From an uncultured bacterium (GTDB taxonomy: Bacteria; Acidobacteriota; Thermoanaerobaculia; Multivoradales; JAHZIX01): 64,000 nucleotides of DNA. Of the stretch, positions 52,393 through 62,315 are shown piece by piece. Location of the stretch: the NCBI GenBank assembly GCA_965368975.1, contig CBDUPA010000018.1:32001-96000 (forward strand). The letters are read 5' to 3'. Position 1 is the first letter of the stretch. Each line of letters opens with the position of its first letter. The notes beneath the pieces are model-generated. The model did no database searches and had not been told where the DNA came from. It worked only from the letters and a program-made list of their open reading frames with translations. The translations under genes and the position numbers were made by a program.

Positions 52393-53211
52393 ATGCGTAC
52401 CCTGATTTCACTTGCCCTCTCCTCGACGCTGGTTGTGGCCGCCGGCCTACCCATCGACGAGGCTCTGGCGAACGATTCTGCTGGTGACCCTCAAGCTCCC
52501 TCTCATCTTGCCAACATCCTCGAGAGGGGCGAGCTACACATGCTGTGCTTTCCGAAGCTCGACGGTCCGTACGTACGGCCGCGACTGGAGGTACTGCGGG
52601 AGCGGGGAGTGCCGCTCAACGAGCTGCACGATCCCGAGGCCTACGCGGGCATCGACGTCGACCTGGTGCGCGGCTTCGCTGCCGATCTCGGGGTGGAGCT
52701 GGTGATCCAGCCGATCACGACGTCGTACCAGGATCTGGTGAAGGCGCTGGTCGAGGGGCAAGGCGATCTCATCGCCAGCTCGCTGACCATCACCGACAGT
52801 CGCGAAGAACTTCTCGACTTCTCCATCCCGACCGAGACCGTCTGGGCAGTTGTCGCTGTGCCGCCGGATGTCATGATCGAGGATCTCGACGATCTGGTAG
52901 GTACCCGCGGCGCCGTAATGCGCGGCTCGAGCCACCAGGAGTTGCTCGAGAAGCTCAACCTGGAAGGCATCGAGTTCGTGCTCACAGACTTCAGCCTCGA
53001 GAACTACGAACGTCTGGTCGATGGCGAGGCCGACTTCCTGGTGATGGACTCCAAGGCCGAGATCGGCCAGGCGCCGGAACCAGGGCTGGACAAGGCCAAG
53101 GTGGTGCTGCGACTGAGCCAGACTTCGTACGCTGTCGCCCTGCCTTCAGGAAGTGACCTGAAGCCGCGGCTCGACACCTACCTGCGATCACAGCAGAGGC
53201 CGGCCGACTGA
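52393..53211 (+). CDS. Family 3 substrate-binding protein
   Basis: Signal peptide; GIDVDLVRGFAADLGVEL, GQGDLIASSLTITDSREELLDFS, RGSS. Confidence 0.88.
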   Translation: MRTLISLALSSTLVVAAGLPIDEALANDSAGDPQAPSHLANILERGELHMLCFPKLDGPYVRPRLEVLRERGVPLNELHDPEAYAGIDVDLVRGFAADLGVELVIQPITTSYQDLVKALVEGQGDLIASSLTITDSREELLDFSIPTETVWAVVAVPPDVMIEDLDDLVGTRGAVMRGSSHQELLEKLNLEGIEFVLTDFSLENYERLVDGEADFLVMDSKAEIGQAPEPGLDKAKVVLRLSQTSYAVALPSGSDLKPRLDTYLRSQQRPAD

Positions 53212-53320
53212 AGTTCGCCTCTGCTCAGCGTACCCTTGATCGACTCGGCGATGCTCCTTAGCCACGGAACCGGCGTCGCGATCCAGCTGCGACGTTGGCT
53301 CTGAGGCTCTACCGACTACG

Positions 53321-54205
53321 ATGCTTGACAGAGACCTCCGTCTTCATGCCTTGAGACTGCGAGCCACCTGGCTTGCCGCGGGGATCGTGTGCCTGCTGAG
53401 CTGCGGCTTCGTGCTCGACAGCTTGGCTGCCGAGCCGATCAGACAAGGGCCGCAAGGTGGGGATGCTGGCGGCTTCGATCACGGGGACTGGACTCTGGTT
53501 CTCGAGCGCTTCGTCGACCGCCAAGGCTTGGTCGACTATGCGGCATTGGCGAAGAATCGAGCGACCTTCGACCGCTACCTCGAGCGCATCAAGAAGGTCA
53601 GCCCCCGCTCGCATCCACAGCTCTTCCCGACCCGCGACGACGCCTTGGCCTACTACCTCAACGCCTACAACGCCTTGGTCTTCGAAGGCGTCCTCGGGCG
53701 AGGACCGGAGGAGACGAGTGTCTGGCGCGGTATCGTGTCCGGCTATAGCTTCTTCGTCCGTATGCGCATCCGGATCGGCGGCGAGACGATGAACCTCAAG
53801 TCGCTCGAGGACGACATCGTGCGCGCCGAATTCCAGGACCCACGGATCCACGCAGCGCTCAATTGCGCCTCAATCGGTTGCCCACGCCTGCCGCGCGAGG
53901 CCTTTGTCGCAGATCGCCTCAGTCACCAGCTCGACTCTGCGATGACGGAGTTCGTCACCGACTCGCGACATGTGGAGCTGGATACCGAAGACCGCACAGT
54001 AACCCTGTCGCAGATTTTCGAGTGGTTCGCCGAAGACTTCCTCACCGATGAGCAGAATCAAGGCGCGGACGAACCGTCTGTCCTCTCCTACATCAACCGC
54101 TACCGCGACGGCGCGGGACCGATCCCTGAAGACTATGCGGTGCGCTACTCTGAGTACGACAAGCGCATCAACAGCGTGGGTGTCGGAGCGCCAGCCGGCC
54201 CCTGA
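53321..54205 (+). CDS. DUF547 domain protein
   Basis: GLVDYAAL, LAYYLNAYNA, DPRIHAALNCASIGCPRL, SQIFEWFAEDF. Confidence 0.9.
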   Translation: MLDRDLRLHALRLRATWLAAGIVCLLSCGFVLDSLAAEPIRQGPQGGDAGGFDHGDWTLVLERFVDRQGLVDYAALAKNRATFDRYLERIKKVSPRSHPQLFPTRDDALAYYLNAYNALVFEGVLGRGPEETSVWRGIVSGYSFFVRMRIRIGGETMNLKSLEDDIVRAEFQDPRIHAALNCASIGCPRLPREAFVADRLSHQLDSAMTEFVTDSRHVELDTEDRTVTLSQIFEWFAEDFLTDEQNQGADEPSVLSYINRYRDGAGPIPEDYAVRYSEYDKRINSVGVGAPAGP

Positions 54206-54242
54206 TCTATCCGATCGGCTGCCTACCCCTTAGAGTTTCCCC

Positions 54243-56777
54243 ATGATCGTTCAGAAATTCGGTGGTTCCTCCGTCGCCACACCGGACCGCATCCGCCGCG
54301 TCGTCCAGATCGTCGCGAATGCCAGCACGCGTGGCCCCGTAGCGATCGTGGTCTCGGCACTCGGCGGCGCAACCGATGCTTTGCTCGACGCTGCCGCGAC
54401 AGCGGCGCGCGGCGAGGCCGGCTGGCGCAGAGGGTTGAGTGACCTGGCACTGCGCCATCGCGACGCAGCGACCGAGTTGGCGCTGCCCGAAGAGTTGAAG
54501 AACCTGCGCCTGCAACAAGAGGCCGCTTTCAGTGAGCTTGGCGACTTGTTGCACGGCATCGAGCTGGTGCGCGAGGCCAGCGCCCGCACACGCGACAGTC
54601 TGAGCAGCTATGGCGAGCGGTTGTCCGCACCGCTGGTGGCAGCCGCGCTGCGCCGGCACGGCCTCGATGCCCGAGCCTGCGACGCCCGCGAGCTACTCGT
54701 CACCGACGCCAGCTTCGGTCAGGCACGCGTCGACATCGAGCAAAGCTACCAACGGGTGCGCCAGCACTTCGAGTCTGCGGCGTCAAGAGCCGCCGGGGCA
54801 CCGATCCAGGTGGTGACCGGGTACATCGCGGCCACACCGCAGGGGGAAACGACGACGCTGGGTCGCGGCGGTTCGGACTACAGCGCGTCGCTGCTGGGCG
54901 CGGCGCTCGCTGCCGAGGCGGTGGAACTGTGGACCGACGTCGACGGTGTGATGAGCGCCGACCCGCGCCTGGTCGGGGACGCACGCTCTTTGCCACACTT
55001 GACGTACCCCGAGCTGATGGAGCTGTCGCACTTCGGCGCCAAAGTCGTGTATCCGCCGAGCGTCCACCCGACGCGCCAGGCGGGCGTACCGTTGCTGATC
55101 CGCAACACGCTCAACCCAGATTTCGAGGGCACGCGCGTCACGGCTGAGCCACCAGCCGACACAGCACCGGACGGCACACCGCTGCCAGATGCCTGCGGAA
55201 TCTCGGCCATTCGCAGTATCTCGCTCCTGCGCCTGGAAGGCGACGGCATGGTCGGGGTTCCGGGTATTGCCATGCGCCTCTTTGGGTCTCTGGCGCGGCG
55301 GGAAATCAACGTCATCCTGATCAGCCAGGCGTCCTCGGAACACTCGATCTGCTTCGCGGTGGCACCGGAAGCCGCGCAGGCGGCAGTCGACGCTCTGGAC
55401 GCCGAGTTCCAGCTCGAACAGCAAGTTGGCCTGATCGATCCGCCGCTGGTCGAAACGGGCCTGTCGGTGGTCGCCGTCGTCGGTGCGCGACTGCGTAGGC
55501 ACGCGGGCGTTGCCGGCAAGATCTTTGCCGTCCTGGGTGACAACGGCGTCAACGTACGCGCCATCGCCCAGGGCTCCTCAGAGCTGAACGTATCGCTGGT
55601 GGTCTCCGAGACACGCCTGAAGGCGGCGCTCAACGCCCTGCATCGAGCCTTCTTCACCCCGCGACGCTGCGTCGAGGTCGCTCTCGCAGGCGTCGGTCGG
55701 GTCGGCGCCGCGCTACTGCAACAGTTGACGGAACAGGCACCTCGGCTGGTACAAGAGCTTGGCATCGAGCTGCGGCTGGTGGCCCTGGCCGGTCGGGCTG
55801 GCGTCCTGCGCGCCGCCGAAGGCGAATCCCTGGATTTCAGCACGGCGCTGGGTCAGCTGCGCCAAGCAGCCTCGGCCGGGCAACCCGCGCTGGACTCCTT
55901 GGAGGATCTGCGCCTGAGCTGGACACAGGACCCGCGACCAGGCCGAGTCTTCGTCGACTGCACCGCCTCCGCAGCCGTCGCCGCCGAACACGCAACGCTG
56001 CTGGCGGCGGGCGTCCATGTCGTCACCGCCAACAAGCTGAGAGTTGCCGGCAGCCTGGCCGACTACCGGCCGCTGATCTGGCCACGACGCCAAGCCCCCG
56101 GCCCTGCTGCCGGGCGTCTGTACTATGAAGCCACGGTGGGTGCAGGCTTGCCTGTGGTACGCACGCTGCAGGATCTGCGCCGTACGGGCGACCGTATTCA
56201 GCGCATCGAGGGCCTGTTCTCGGGCACCCTGAGCTTCCTCATGGATCGCTTGCACAGCGGGCTGAGCTTCAGCGCCGCGGTGCGCGAGGCACACGAGGCC
56301 GGCTACACCGAGCCCGATCCGCGCGAGGACCTCTCCGGCCGCGACGTCGCGCGCAAGCTGCTGATCCTCGCCCGCCTGGCCGGCTTCGAGATCGAACCGG
56401 AGGCCGTAGCGGTCGAGCCCTTGCTGCCCCCGGACCCCTGGGCTGCGTATTCTCTGGATGAGTTCTGGCAGCACTTGGATTCGCTCGATGCCGAGTTCGA
56501 GCAGCGACGAGTGGAGGCTGAAGCCGCGGGCCAGCGACTGTGCATCCTCGGCCGTCTGGATGCCGATGGCGCCACCGTCGAGCTGGCCGCTGTCGCCTCG
56601 GATCATCCCGCCGCCGCCGTGCGCGGCAGCGACAATCTGATTGCTTTCAGCACAGACCGGTACGACCCATCACCGCTGGTGGTGCGCGGACCGGGGGCTG
56701 GCCCCGCGGTGACCGCCGGTGGCGTCTTCTCGGACCTACTCCGAGCAGCGATCGAAATCCGCCGGGAAACGCCATGA
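54243..56777 (+). CDS. thrA: Bifunctional aspartokinase/homoserine dehydrogenase
   Basis: KFGGSSV, TLGRGGSD, WTDVDG, two ACT domains, GVGRVG, ANK, EATVGAGLP, EPDPREDLSG, GPGAG. Confidence 0.95.
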   Translation: MIVQKFGGSSVATPDRIRRVVQIVANASTRGPVAIVVSALGGATDALLDAAATAARGEAGWRRGLSDLALRHRDAATELALPEELKNLRLQQEAAFSELGDLLHGIELVREASARTRDSLSSYGERLSAPLVAAALRRHGLDARACDARELLVTDASFGQARVDIEQSYQRVRQHFESAASRAAGAPIQVVTGYIAATPQGETTTLGRGGSDYSASLLGAALAAEAVELWTDVDGVMSADPRLVGDARSLPHLTYPELMELSHFGAKVVYPPSVHPTRQAGVPLLIRNTLNPDFEGTRVTAEPPADTAPDGTPLPDACGISAIRSISLLRLEGDGMVGVPGIAMRLFGSLARREINVILISQASSEHSICFAVAPEAAQAAVDALDAEFQLEQQVGLIDPPLVETGLSVVAVVGARLRRHAGVAGKIFAVLGDNGVNVRAIAQGSSELNVSLVVSETRLKAALNALHRAFFTPRRCVEVALAGVGRVGAALLQQLTEQAPRLVQELGIELRLVALAGRAGVLRAAEGESLDFSTALGQLRQAASAGQPALDSLEDLRLSWTQDPRPGRVFVDCTASAAVAAEHATLLAAGVHVVTANKLRVAGSLADYRPLIWPRRQAPGPAAGRLYYEATVGAGLPVVRTLQDLRRTGDRIQRIEGLFSGTLSFLMDRLHSGLSFSAAVREAHEAGYTEPDPREDLSGRDVARKLLILARLAGFEIEPEAVAVEPLLPPDPWAAYSLDEFWQHLDSLDAEFEQRRVEAEAAGQRLCILGRLDADGATVELAAVASDHPAAAVRGSDNLIAFSTDRYDPSPLVVRGPGAGPAVTAGGVFSDLLRAAIEIRRETP

Positions 56778-57862
56778 GCTTCACGCGCATTCCCGTCGCC
56801 GTTCTCGGCGCCACCGGCAGTGTCGGTCAGCGCTTCGTCTCTCTGCTCGCCAACCACCCGTGGTTCGAGTTGCAGGCCGTCACCGCCTCCGAGCGCTCCG
56901 CGGGCTCGTTGTATGGTGACACGACCCAATGGCTGCAGACCACGCCGCTGCCGGCCTACATCGCGGGGCTGAAGGTCCTACCGACCGAGCCGCGGGCGGT
57001 GCTCGCCTCCGGGGTCCGGCTGGTGTTTTCGGCCCTGGGCAGCGACGTGGCGCGCCAGGTCGAGCGACCGCTGGCTGCGGCCGGTGCTCTGGTGGTGTCG
57101 AATGCTGGAGCTCACCGCATGGATCCGGACGTTCCGCTGGTGGTACCCGAGGTCAACCCCGATCACGTCAACCTGGCCGCCGCCGCTCAGGACAGCCCCG
57201 GAGCGCTGCTCACCAATCCCAACTGCTCCACCATCGGCCTGGTGATGGCGCTGAAACCGCTGGTCGACGCCTTTGGGCTGCGCACGGTCTCGGTGGTCAC
57301 TCTGCAAGCCGTCTCGGGCGCCGGCCTGCCCGGCGTGCCGAGCGTGCAGATCCTCGACAACCTCGTGCCCTACATCGGTGGCGAAGAAGAGAAGGTCGAG
57401 AGCGAGACACGCAAGATCCTCGGCACCCTGAGGAGACAGAGCATCACGCCACACCGCCTGGGGATCAGCGCTCAGTGCACGCGGGTGCCGGTGATCGACG
57501 GCCACACCGCCTGCGTGTCGGTCGAATTGGACAGCGATGCAGATGCCGTAGAGCCCGCCGATGTCCTCGCTGCCTGGCGCGACTTCACGGCCGCACCGCA
57601 GCAGCTCGGCCTGCCGACAGCTCCACGCCGCCCGGTGCACGTACTCGACGAGGTAGACGCACCGCAACCGCGCCTGCACCGCGATCTCGACGGCGGCATG
57701 GCCGCCAGCGTCGGCCGCCTGCGTCACTGCCCGCTGCTGCACTACAAGTTCGTCACCCTGTCGCACAACACTCTGCGCGGCGCCGCGGGCGGCTCCTTGC
57801 TGCTCGCCGAACTGGCCGTCGCACGAGGCTTGCTGCAGGGCGTCACGCCACCCCAGAGCTGA
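56774..57862 (+). CDS. asd: Aspartate-semialdehyde dehydrogenase
   Basis: LGATGSVGQRF, PEVN, NPNCST, QAVSGAG, RVPVIDGH, HNTLRGAAG. Confidence 0.95.
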   Translation: MSFTRIPVAVLGATGSVGQRFVSLLANHPWFELQAVTASERSAGSLYGDTTQWLQTTPLPAYIAGLKVLPTEPRAVLASGVRLVFSALGSDVARQVERPLAAAGALVVSNAGAHRMDPDVPLVVPEVNPDHVNLAAAAQDSPGALLTNPNCSTIGLVMALKPLVDAFGLRTVSVVTLQAVSGAGLPGVPSVQILDNLVPYIGGEEEKVESETRKILGTLRRQSITPHRLGISAQCTRVPVIDGHTACVSVELDSDADAVEPADVLAAWRDFTAAPQQLGLPTAPRRPVHVLDEVDAPQPRLHRDLDGGMAASVGRLRHCPLLHYKFVTLSHNTLRGAAGGSLLLAELAVARGLLQGVTPPQS

Positions 57863-57875
57863 GACGGGAGCCACC

Positions 57876-58871
57876 GTGGACCCACACCAGACTGTACGAG
57901 CCTTCGCCCCGGGATCGGTGTCCAACGTCGGTCCCGGCTTCGATGTCTTCGGTTTCGCCGTCGACGGCGTGGGCGACACCGTAGAAGCACGCCGCCGCGA
58001 GCAACCCGGAGTCGTCCTGACCGACATCACCGGTGACGGGGGTCGTCTGCCGCGCGAGGCTGAGCGCAACACCGCCGGCATCGCTGCCCTGCAGCTCTTG
58101 CGGGCCGCCCGCGAGCGGATGCAGCTGGAAGGTGCCAGTAGCGAGCTGCCCGGCGTCGAGCTGACGCTACACAAGGGCATGCCGCTGGCCAGCGGTCTCG
58201 GTTCCAGCGCCGCCAGCGCCGTCGCCGCGGTGGTCGCCGTCGACGCACTGCTCGGTACCACCCTGCCCCAGGAGACACTGCTGCGCTGTGCCGTCGAGGG
58301 CGAGCGCGTGGCCTGCGGCTCGGCGCACGCGGACAACGCCGCACCGTCACTCTACGGCGGCTTCGTGCTGGTGCGCGGCGCGCCCGCGGGCGGTGACGCT
58401 GGCGCTCATGGAGTCACGCAGCTGCCGGTACCAGAAGGACTGACCTGCGCCCTGCTGCATCCGCACGTCGAGGTCGAGACCCGCGCCGCACGCGAGGCCC
58501 TCGGCGACCGCGTGGCGCTGGCCGCCGCGGTGCGCCAGTGGGGCAATGCCGCCGCCCTCGTAGCATCGCTGTTCCGTGGTGATCTCGACTTGCTCGCTTC
58601 GGCGCTCGAAGATAGCGTCGCCGAGCCAGTGCGCGCCCGCTTCGTGCCCGGTTTTGCGGCCGTGCGCGCCGCCGCCCTGGACGCCGGGGCCCTCGGCTGC
58701 GGCCTGTCCGGCTCGGGGCCGACGATCTTCGCCCTGACCCGCGGCCGGGCCGGCGACATCGCGACAGCCATGCGCGAGGCTCTGACCGCTGCCACCGGCA
58801 TCGATGGCGATCTCTTCACCTCCGACGTCGACGCCCCAGGTGCGCGCGTGGTCGACATTGAGAACGGGTGA
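57876..58871 (+). CDS. thrB: Homoserine kinase
   Basis: SNVGPGFD, PLASGLGSSAA, HADNAAP, SGSGPT. Confidence 0.95.
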   Translation: MDPHQTVRAFAPGSVSNVGPGFDVFGFAVDGVGDTVEARRREQPGVVLTDITGDGGRLPREAERNTAGIAALQLLRAARERMQLEGASSELPGVELTLHKGMPLASGLGSSAASAVAAVVAVDALLGTTLPQETLLRCAVEGERVACGSAHADNAAPSLYGGFVLVRGAPAGGDAGAHGVTQLPVPEGLTCALLHPHVEVETRAAREALGDRVALAAAVRQWGNAAALVASLFRGDLDLLASALEDSVAEPVRARFVPGFAAVRAAALDAGALGCGLSGSGPTIFALTRGRAGDIATAMREALTAATGIDGDLFTSDVDAPGARVVDIENG

Positions 58872-58878
58872 GGCCGCG

Positions 58879-60225
58879 ATGCGCTACCTGAGCACGCACG
58901 GAAACAGCCCGCCGGCCTCTCTGATCGAGGCCCTGACGCGAGGCCTGGCACCGGACGGCGGTTTGTACGTGCCGGAACACTTTCCGAACCCCGCCTTGCC
59001 GGATGCGGCTTCGCCGGATGCACCCGTTTCTCCAGATGCGCTAGCAGCCGCGGCCAGCGCCACTCTGCTCCAGCCTTTCGTGCAGGAACTCTCGCACGAC
59101 GAACTCCGTGCACTACTCGCCGAGGCCCTCGACTTCCCCATCCCTTTGCTGCAAGTGAGCGAGCGCATCTATGTGCTGGAGCTGTTCCACGGCCCAACGC
59201 TGGCCTTCAAGGATGTCGGAGCCCGCGTTATGGCACGCCTGCTGGCGCGCCTGGGTGGCACTGCCGAGTCCACAGACAGCAACAACGCAGACTGCCCCGT
59301 GACCATCCTCGCTGCCACCTCCGGAGACACCGGCGGTGCCGTCGCCGATGCTTTCCACGGCGTCGCCGGCACACGCGTCGCGGTGCTCTACCCGCGCGGC
59401 AAGGTCAGTGCACTGCAGGAACGGCAGTTCGCGACGCTGGGCGGCAACGTGCGCGCCTTCGCCGTCGAGGGAACGTTCGATGACTGCCAGCGGCTCGTCA
59501 AGGGGGCCTTCGCCGATGCCGAGTTGCACCGGCGCTTGCGTCTGACCTCGGCCAACTCGATCAACCTCGGTCGCCTGCTGCCGCAGATGCTCTACTACTT
59601 TCATGCGGTGACCGAACTGCGCCGCCTGGGGAAGCTACCCTTGCGAGCCGAGGCCCTTCGCTTCGCCGTGCCGAGCGGCAACTTCGGCAACTTGACGGCC
59701 GGCCTCTACGCCCGGCAGCTCGGCCTGCCGTGCGGCCGCTTCATCGCCGCCACCAACGCCAACGACGTCGTGCCCGAGTACCTGCAAGCTGGTGTCTACA
59801 CGCCGCGTCCCTCCGTCGCCACCCTGAGCAATGCCATGGACGTCGGCGATCCGAGCAACCTAGCCCGGATCTTGCACCTCTTCGACCGCGACCTCGACGC
59901 CATCCGCCGGCACGTCGAGGCCCGGCGCTGGGACGACAACGCTACCCGCGACGCCATTCGTCAGCTGACCCGCGAACACGACTACATCGCCGATCCGCAC
60001 ACCGCTGTCGGCTGGCTCGGTGCACAAGCGGCACTGCAGGACGACGAGATCGGCATCGTGCTGGCCACAGCCCACCCGGCCAAGTTCCGAGAGGCTGTGG
60101 AGCCCCTCGTCGGCCACCCGCTAGACGTTCCCGACCGCCTCGCCGCCGGACTCGATCGTCCGCTGCTCAGCCAGCCTCTGGTCGCCGACAGCTGCGCCTT
60201 CGAGCAGGCTCTCGTGGCCTGGTAG
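58879..60225 (+). CDS. thrC: Threonine synthase
   Basis: GLAPDGGLYVP, ELFHGPTLAFKD, ATSGDTG, NSIN, PSGNFGN, TAHPAKF. Confidence 0.95.
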   Translation: MRYLSTHGNSPPASLIEALTRGLAPDGGLYVPEHFPNPALPDAASPDAPVSPDALAAAASATLLQPFVQELSHDELRALLAEALDFPIPLLQVSERIYVLELFHGPTLAFKDVGARVMARLLARLGGTAESTDSNNADCPVTILAATSGDTGGAVADAFHGVAGTRVAVLYPRGKVSALQERQFATLGGNVRAFAVEGTFDDCQRLVKGAFADAELHRRLRLTSANSINLGRLLPQMLYYFHAVTELRRLGKLPLRAEALRFAVPSGNFGNLTAGLYARQLGLPCGRFIAATNANDVVPEYLQAGVYTPRPSVATLSNAMDVGDPSNLARILHLFDRDLDAIRRHVEARRWDDNATRDAIRQLTREHDYIADPHTAVGWLGAQAALQDDEIGIVLATAHPAKFREAVEPLVGHPLDVPDRLAAGLDRPLLSQPLVADSCAFEQALVAW

Positions 60226-60303
60226 CCTTCCAGGCTGTCGCGGCTAGTAGCCTTCCAGGCTGTCGCGGCTAGTAGCCTTCAAGGTTCTCGCGGCTAGTAG
60301 CCT
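60223..60303. repeat. 25-bp tandem repeat (3 copies plus a partial) starting at the thrC stop codon
   Basis: TAGCCTTCCAGGCTGTCGCGGCTAG twice, TAGCCTTCAAGGTTCTCGCGGCTAG, then TAGCCT. Confidence 0.9.
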
Positions 60304-60635
60304 CGACCTCTGCTGCCAACCACCGGGTAGGCGGGCCGCACAGCACAAATCCCCTGTACAGCAAAAAAGCACTGTGCTAGCCTTATGCACATGTGATGAT
60401 TTCAGGGCACTCCTCCAGAGTGTCCGTACTGGTGTCTACACCAGTGCACTGCAAACTACAGGGTCCTGAACACAATTCCATGCATCCGGCGCAGTGCGTC
60501 GCGTACGAGCGCTGTCAGCGTCGAACATAAGCCTATCCCCCCAGGGTTATACCCAGGGAAACTCTGAAATCTGTGGAACTGCCTCCGTTCACGATCTGGA
60601 CGGAGGCACTTTTTTTCCCGGCAGAAAGACCCCCA

Positions 60636-62315
60636 TCAAGGCTGGCGGCGGAAGCGTCCGCTCAGGCGCCCCGTCCAAGTGCGCAGTTCCGGCAGGTCCA
60701 GCCACCAGGCCAGCAGCAAATAGCCACTGGCAAAAACTCCCAGGATGACTGGACCGCTGGCCAGGATCGGCCAGGGCGGCAAGAACCACCACAGCAGTGC
60801 CGCCGGCAGCGTCGCGGCGAGCGCCAGCGCCAAGAGCTTGCCGACGACCGCTGTCGGCAGTCGGAATTCCGGTAGCCTGAGGCGCAGCGAGCGACTCAGC
60901 AGCGCGACTTCGAGCCAGGCTCCGACCGCTGAACCCAGGGCCAGCCCGGGGGCCCCCAGGAACAGCATCCGCTCCTCGTCCGCGAGATCGAGGCGCAGCA
61001 AGTCGGCGACGGCGAAGCGGTCGAGCCAGTACATTGCTGCCGCCCCCACAACCGCGGCGACGGCGACGCGCATGCCCGCAATGCGCGCCGGCGTCTTGGT
61101 GTCGCGCAGGGCAAAGAAGAGATTCTGCAGCAGGCGCGACGCCGCGCTGCCGGGCAACCCGAGCGTGTAGGCGCACAGCACCAGATAGACCAGCCAGTTG
61201 TCCTGCAGCCCGAACTGGCCGTGGCGGAACATGACGCCCACGAGCAAGAAACCGAAAGCCAGATAGCCGATAGTCGTCGGCGCCACCAGGAAGGCGATCT
61301 GGCGCAAACCCACCTGGCTACGCTCGACCAGCTTGCCTCGGGCCTCCGCGTCTCCCGCCCCCTCGCCAGCGCCACGCGCCCGGGACAACTCCGGCAACTC
61401 GGCCGCCGCGACCGACATGGCGAACAGGCTGATCGGCAGCGCGTAGAGGATCGAGCCCCAACGAATCGCGCCCAGCGCCCCCACTGCCAGCAGAGTCGCC
61501 AGCAAGTGGTCGAGATAGAGTGACAGTTGCACAACCCCCCGCCCCGCCAGCGCCGGCCCGAAGGCGCGCAGCACGCCGCGAACCCCGGCAACTCGAGTCG
61601 AGAAGGAGAGCCGGAAACCGCGCAGCAGGCGTGCCGCTGACGGCACCTGGACGAAGAACTGCAGTCCCCCCCCGATCAGCGCTCCGAAACAGGCAGCGAA
61701 CAGCACCCGCGTGCGTGCCGCATCGCCGGCACCGGCCGTCAACCAGGGACCGCCCGCCCACAGCACGGCCGCGATGACCGCGGCGTTCCACAGGACCGGT
61801 GCGAAGTACGGCAGGAAGAAGCGTCGGTGGCTGTTGAGCACACCTAGCGTCCAGGCACTGAGCACCAGCAAGCCGGTCATCGGGAAGATGATGCGCACCA
61901 TCGAGACCGCCAGCTCGAAGCGGTCGACGGTCAGCTCACCAGCGGCTACCGCTTCGGCGTCACCAAGGTAGCCGGCGGCGAAGATCGCCACCAGCGGCCG
62001 CGCCAGCAGAATGCCGAGCAGCGTCAGAAGCGCGGCGAGCGCCAACAGCAGGCCGAAGATGGCGCCGGCCAGCCGGCCTGCCTCTTCCTCCTTGCCCTCT
62101 TCGAGCAGGCGCGCGTACGCTGGGATGAAGGCTGCACTCAGGCTTTGCTCACCGAGCAACACCTGCAGCGCGTTGGGAGCCCGGAAGGCGGTGGTCAGAA
62201 CGTCCGCGTGCGGGCTGACACCGAAGCTGAACGCCAGCACCTGCTCGCGGATCAGCCCGGCAATGCGGCTGGAGAAGATGCCAGCAGCGACCTGGACGGC
62301 CCGATTCTGGCTCAC
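60636..62315 (-). CDS. murJ: Lipid II flippase MurJ
   Basis: SRIAGLIRE, AFRAPN, GEQSLSAAFIP, LNSHRRFFLPYFAP, FFALRDTKTP. Confidence 0.93.
   Translation of the reverse strand: MSQNRAVQVAAGIFSSRIAGLIREQVLAFSFGVSPHADVLTTAFRAPNALQVLLGEQSLSAAFIPAYARLLEEGKEEEAGRLAGAIFGLLLALAALLTLLGILLARPLVAIFAAGYLGDAEAVAAGELTVDRFELAVSMVRIIFPMTGLLVLSAWTLGVLNSHRRFFLPYFAPVLWNAAVIAAVLWAGGPWLTAGAGDAARTRVLFAACFGALIGGGLQFFVQVPSAARLLRGFRLSFSTRVAGVRGVLRAFGPALAGRGVVQLSLYLDHLLATLLAVGALGAIRWGSILYALPISLFAMSVAAAELPELSRARGAGEGAGDAEARGKLVERSQVGLRQIAFLVAPTTIGYLAFGFLLVGVMFRHGQFGLQDNWLVYLVLCAYTLGLPGSAASRLLQNLFFALRDTKTPARIAGMRVAVAAVVGAAAMYWLDRFAVADLLRLDLADEERMLFLGAPGLALGSAVGAWLEVALLSRSLRLRLPEFRLPTAVVGKLLALALAATLPAALLWWFLPPWPILASGPVILGVFASGYLLLAWWLDLPELRTWTGRLSGRFRRQP

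Noticed and set aside
54206-54242. thr leader peptide/attenuator
   Set aside because: The gap is only 37 nt, with no Thr/Ile-rich leader or terminator.
56929-58336. 351-aa plus-strand and 452-aa minus-strand ORFs over asd/thrB
   Set aside because: Alternative-frame or antisense shadows of well-supported genes.
60223-60303. Possible CRISPR array
   Set aside because: Units are directly adjacent with no unique spacers, and there are no cas genes in the window.
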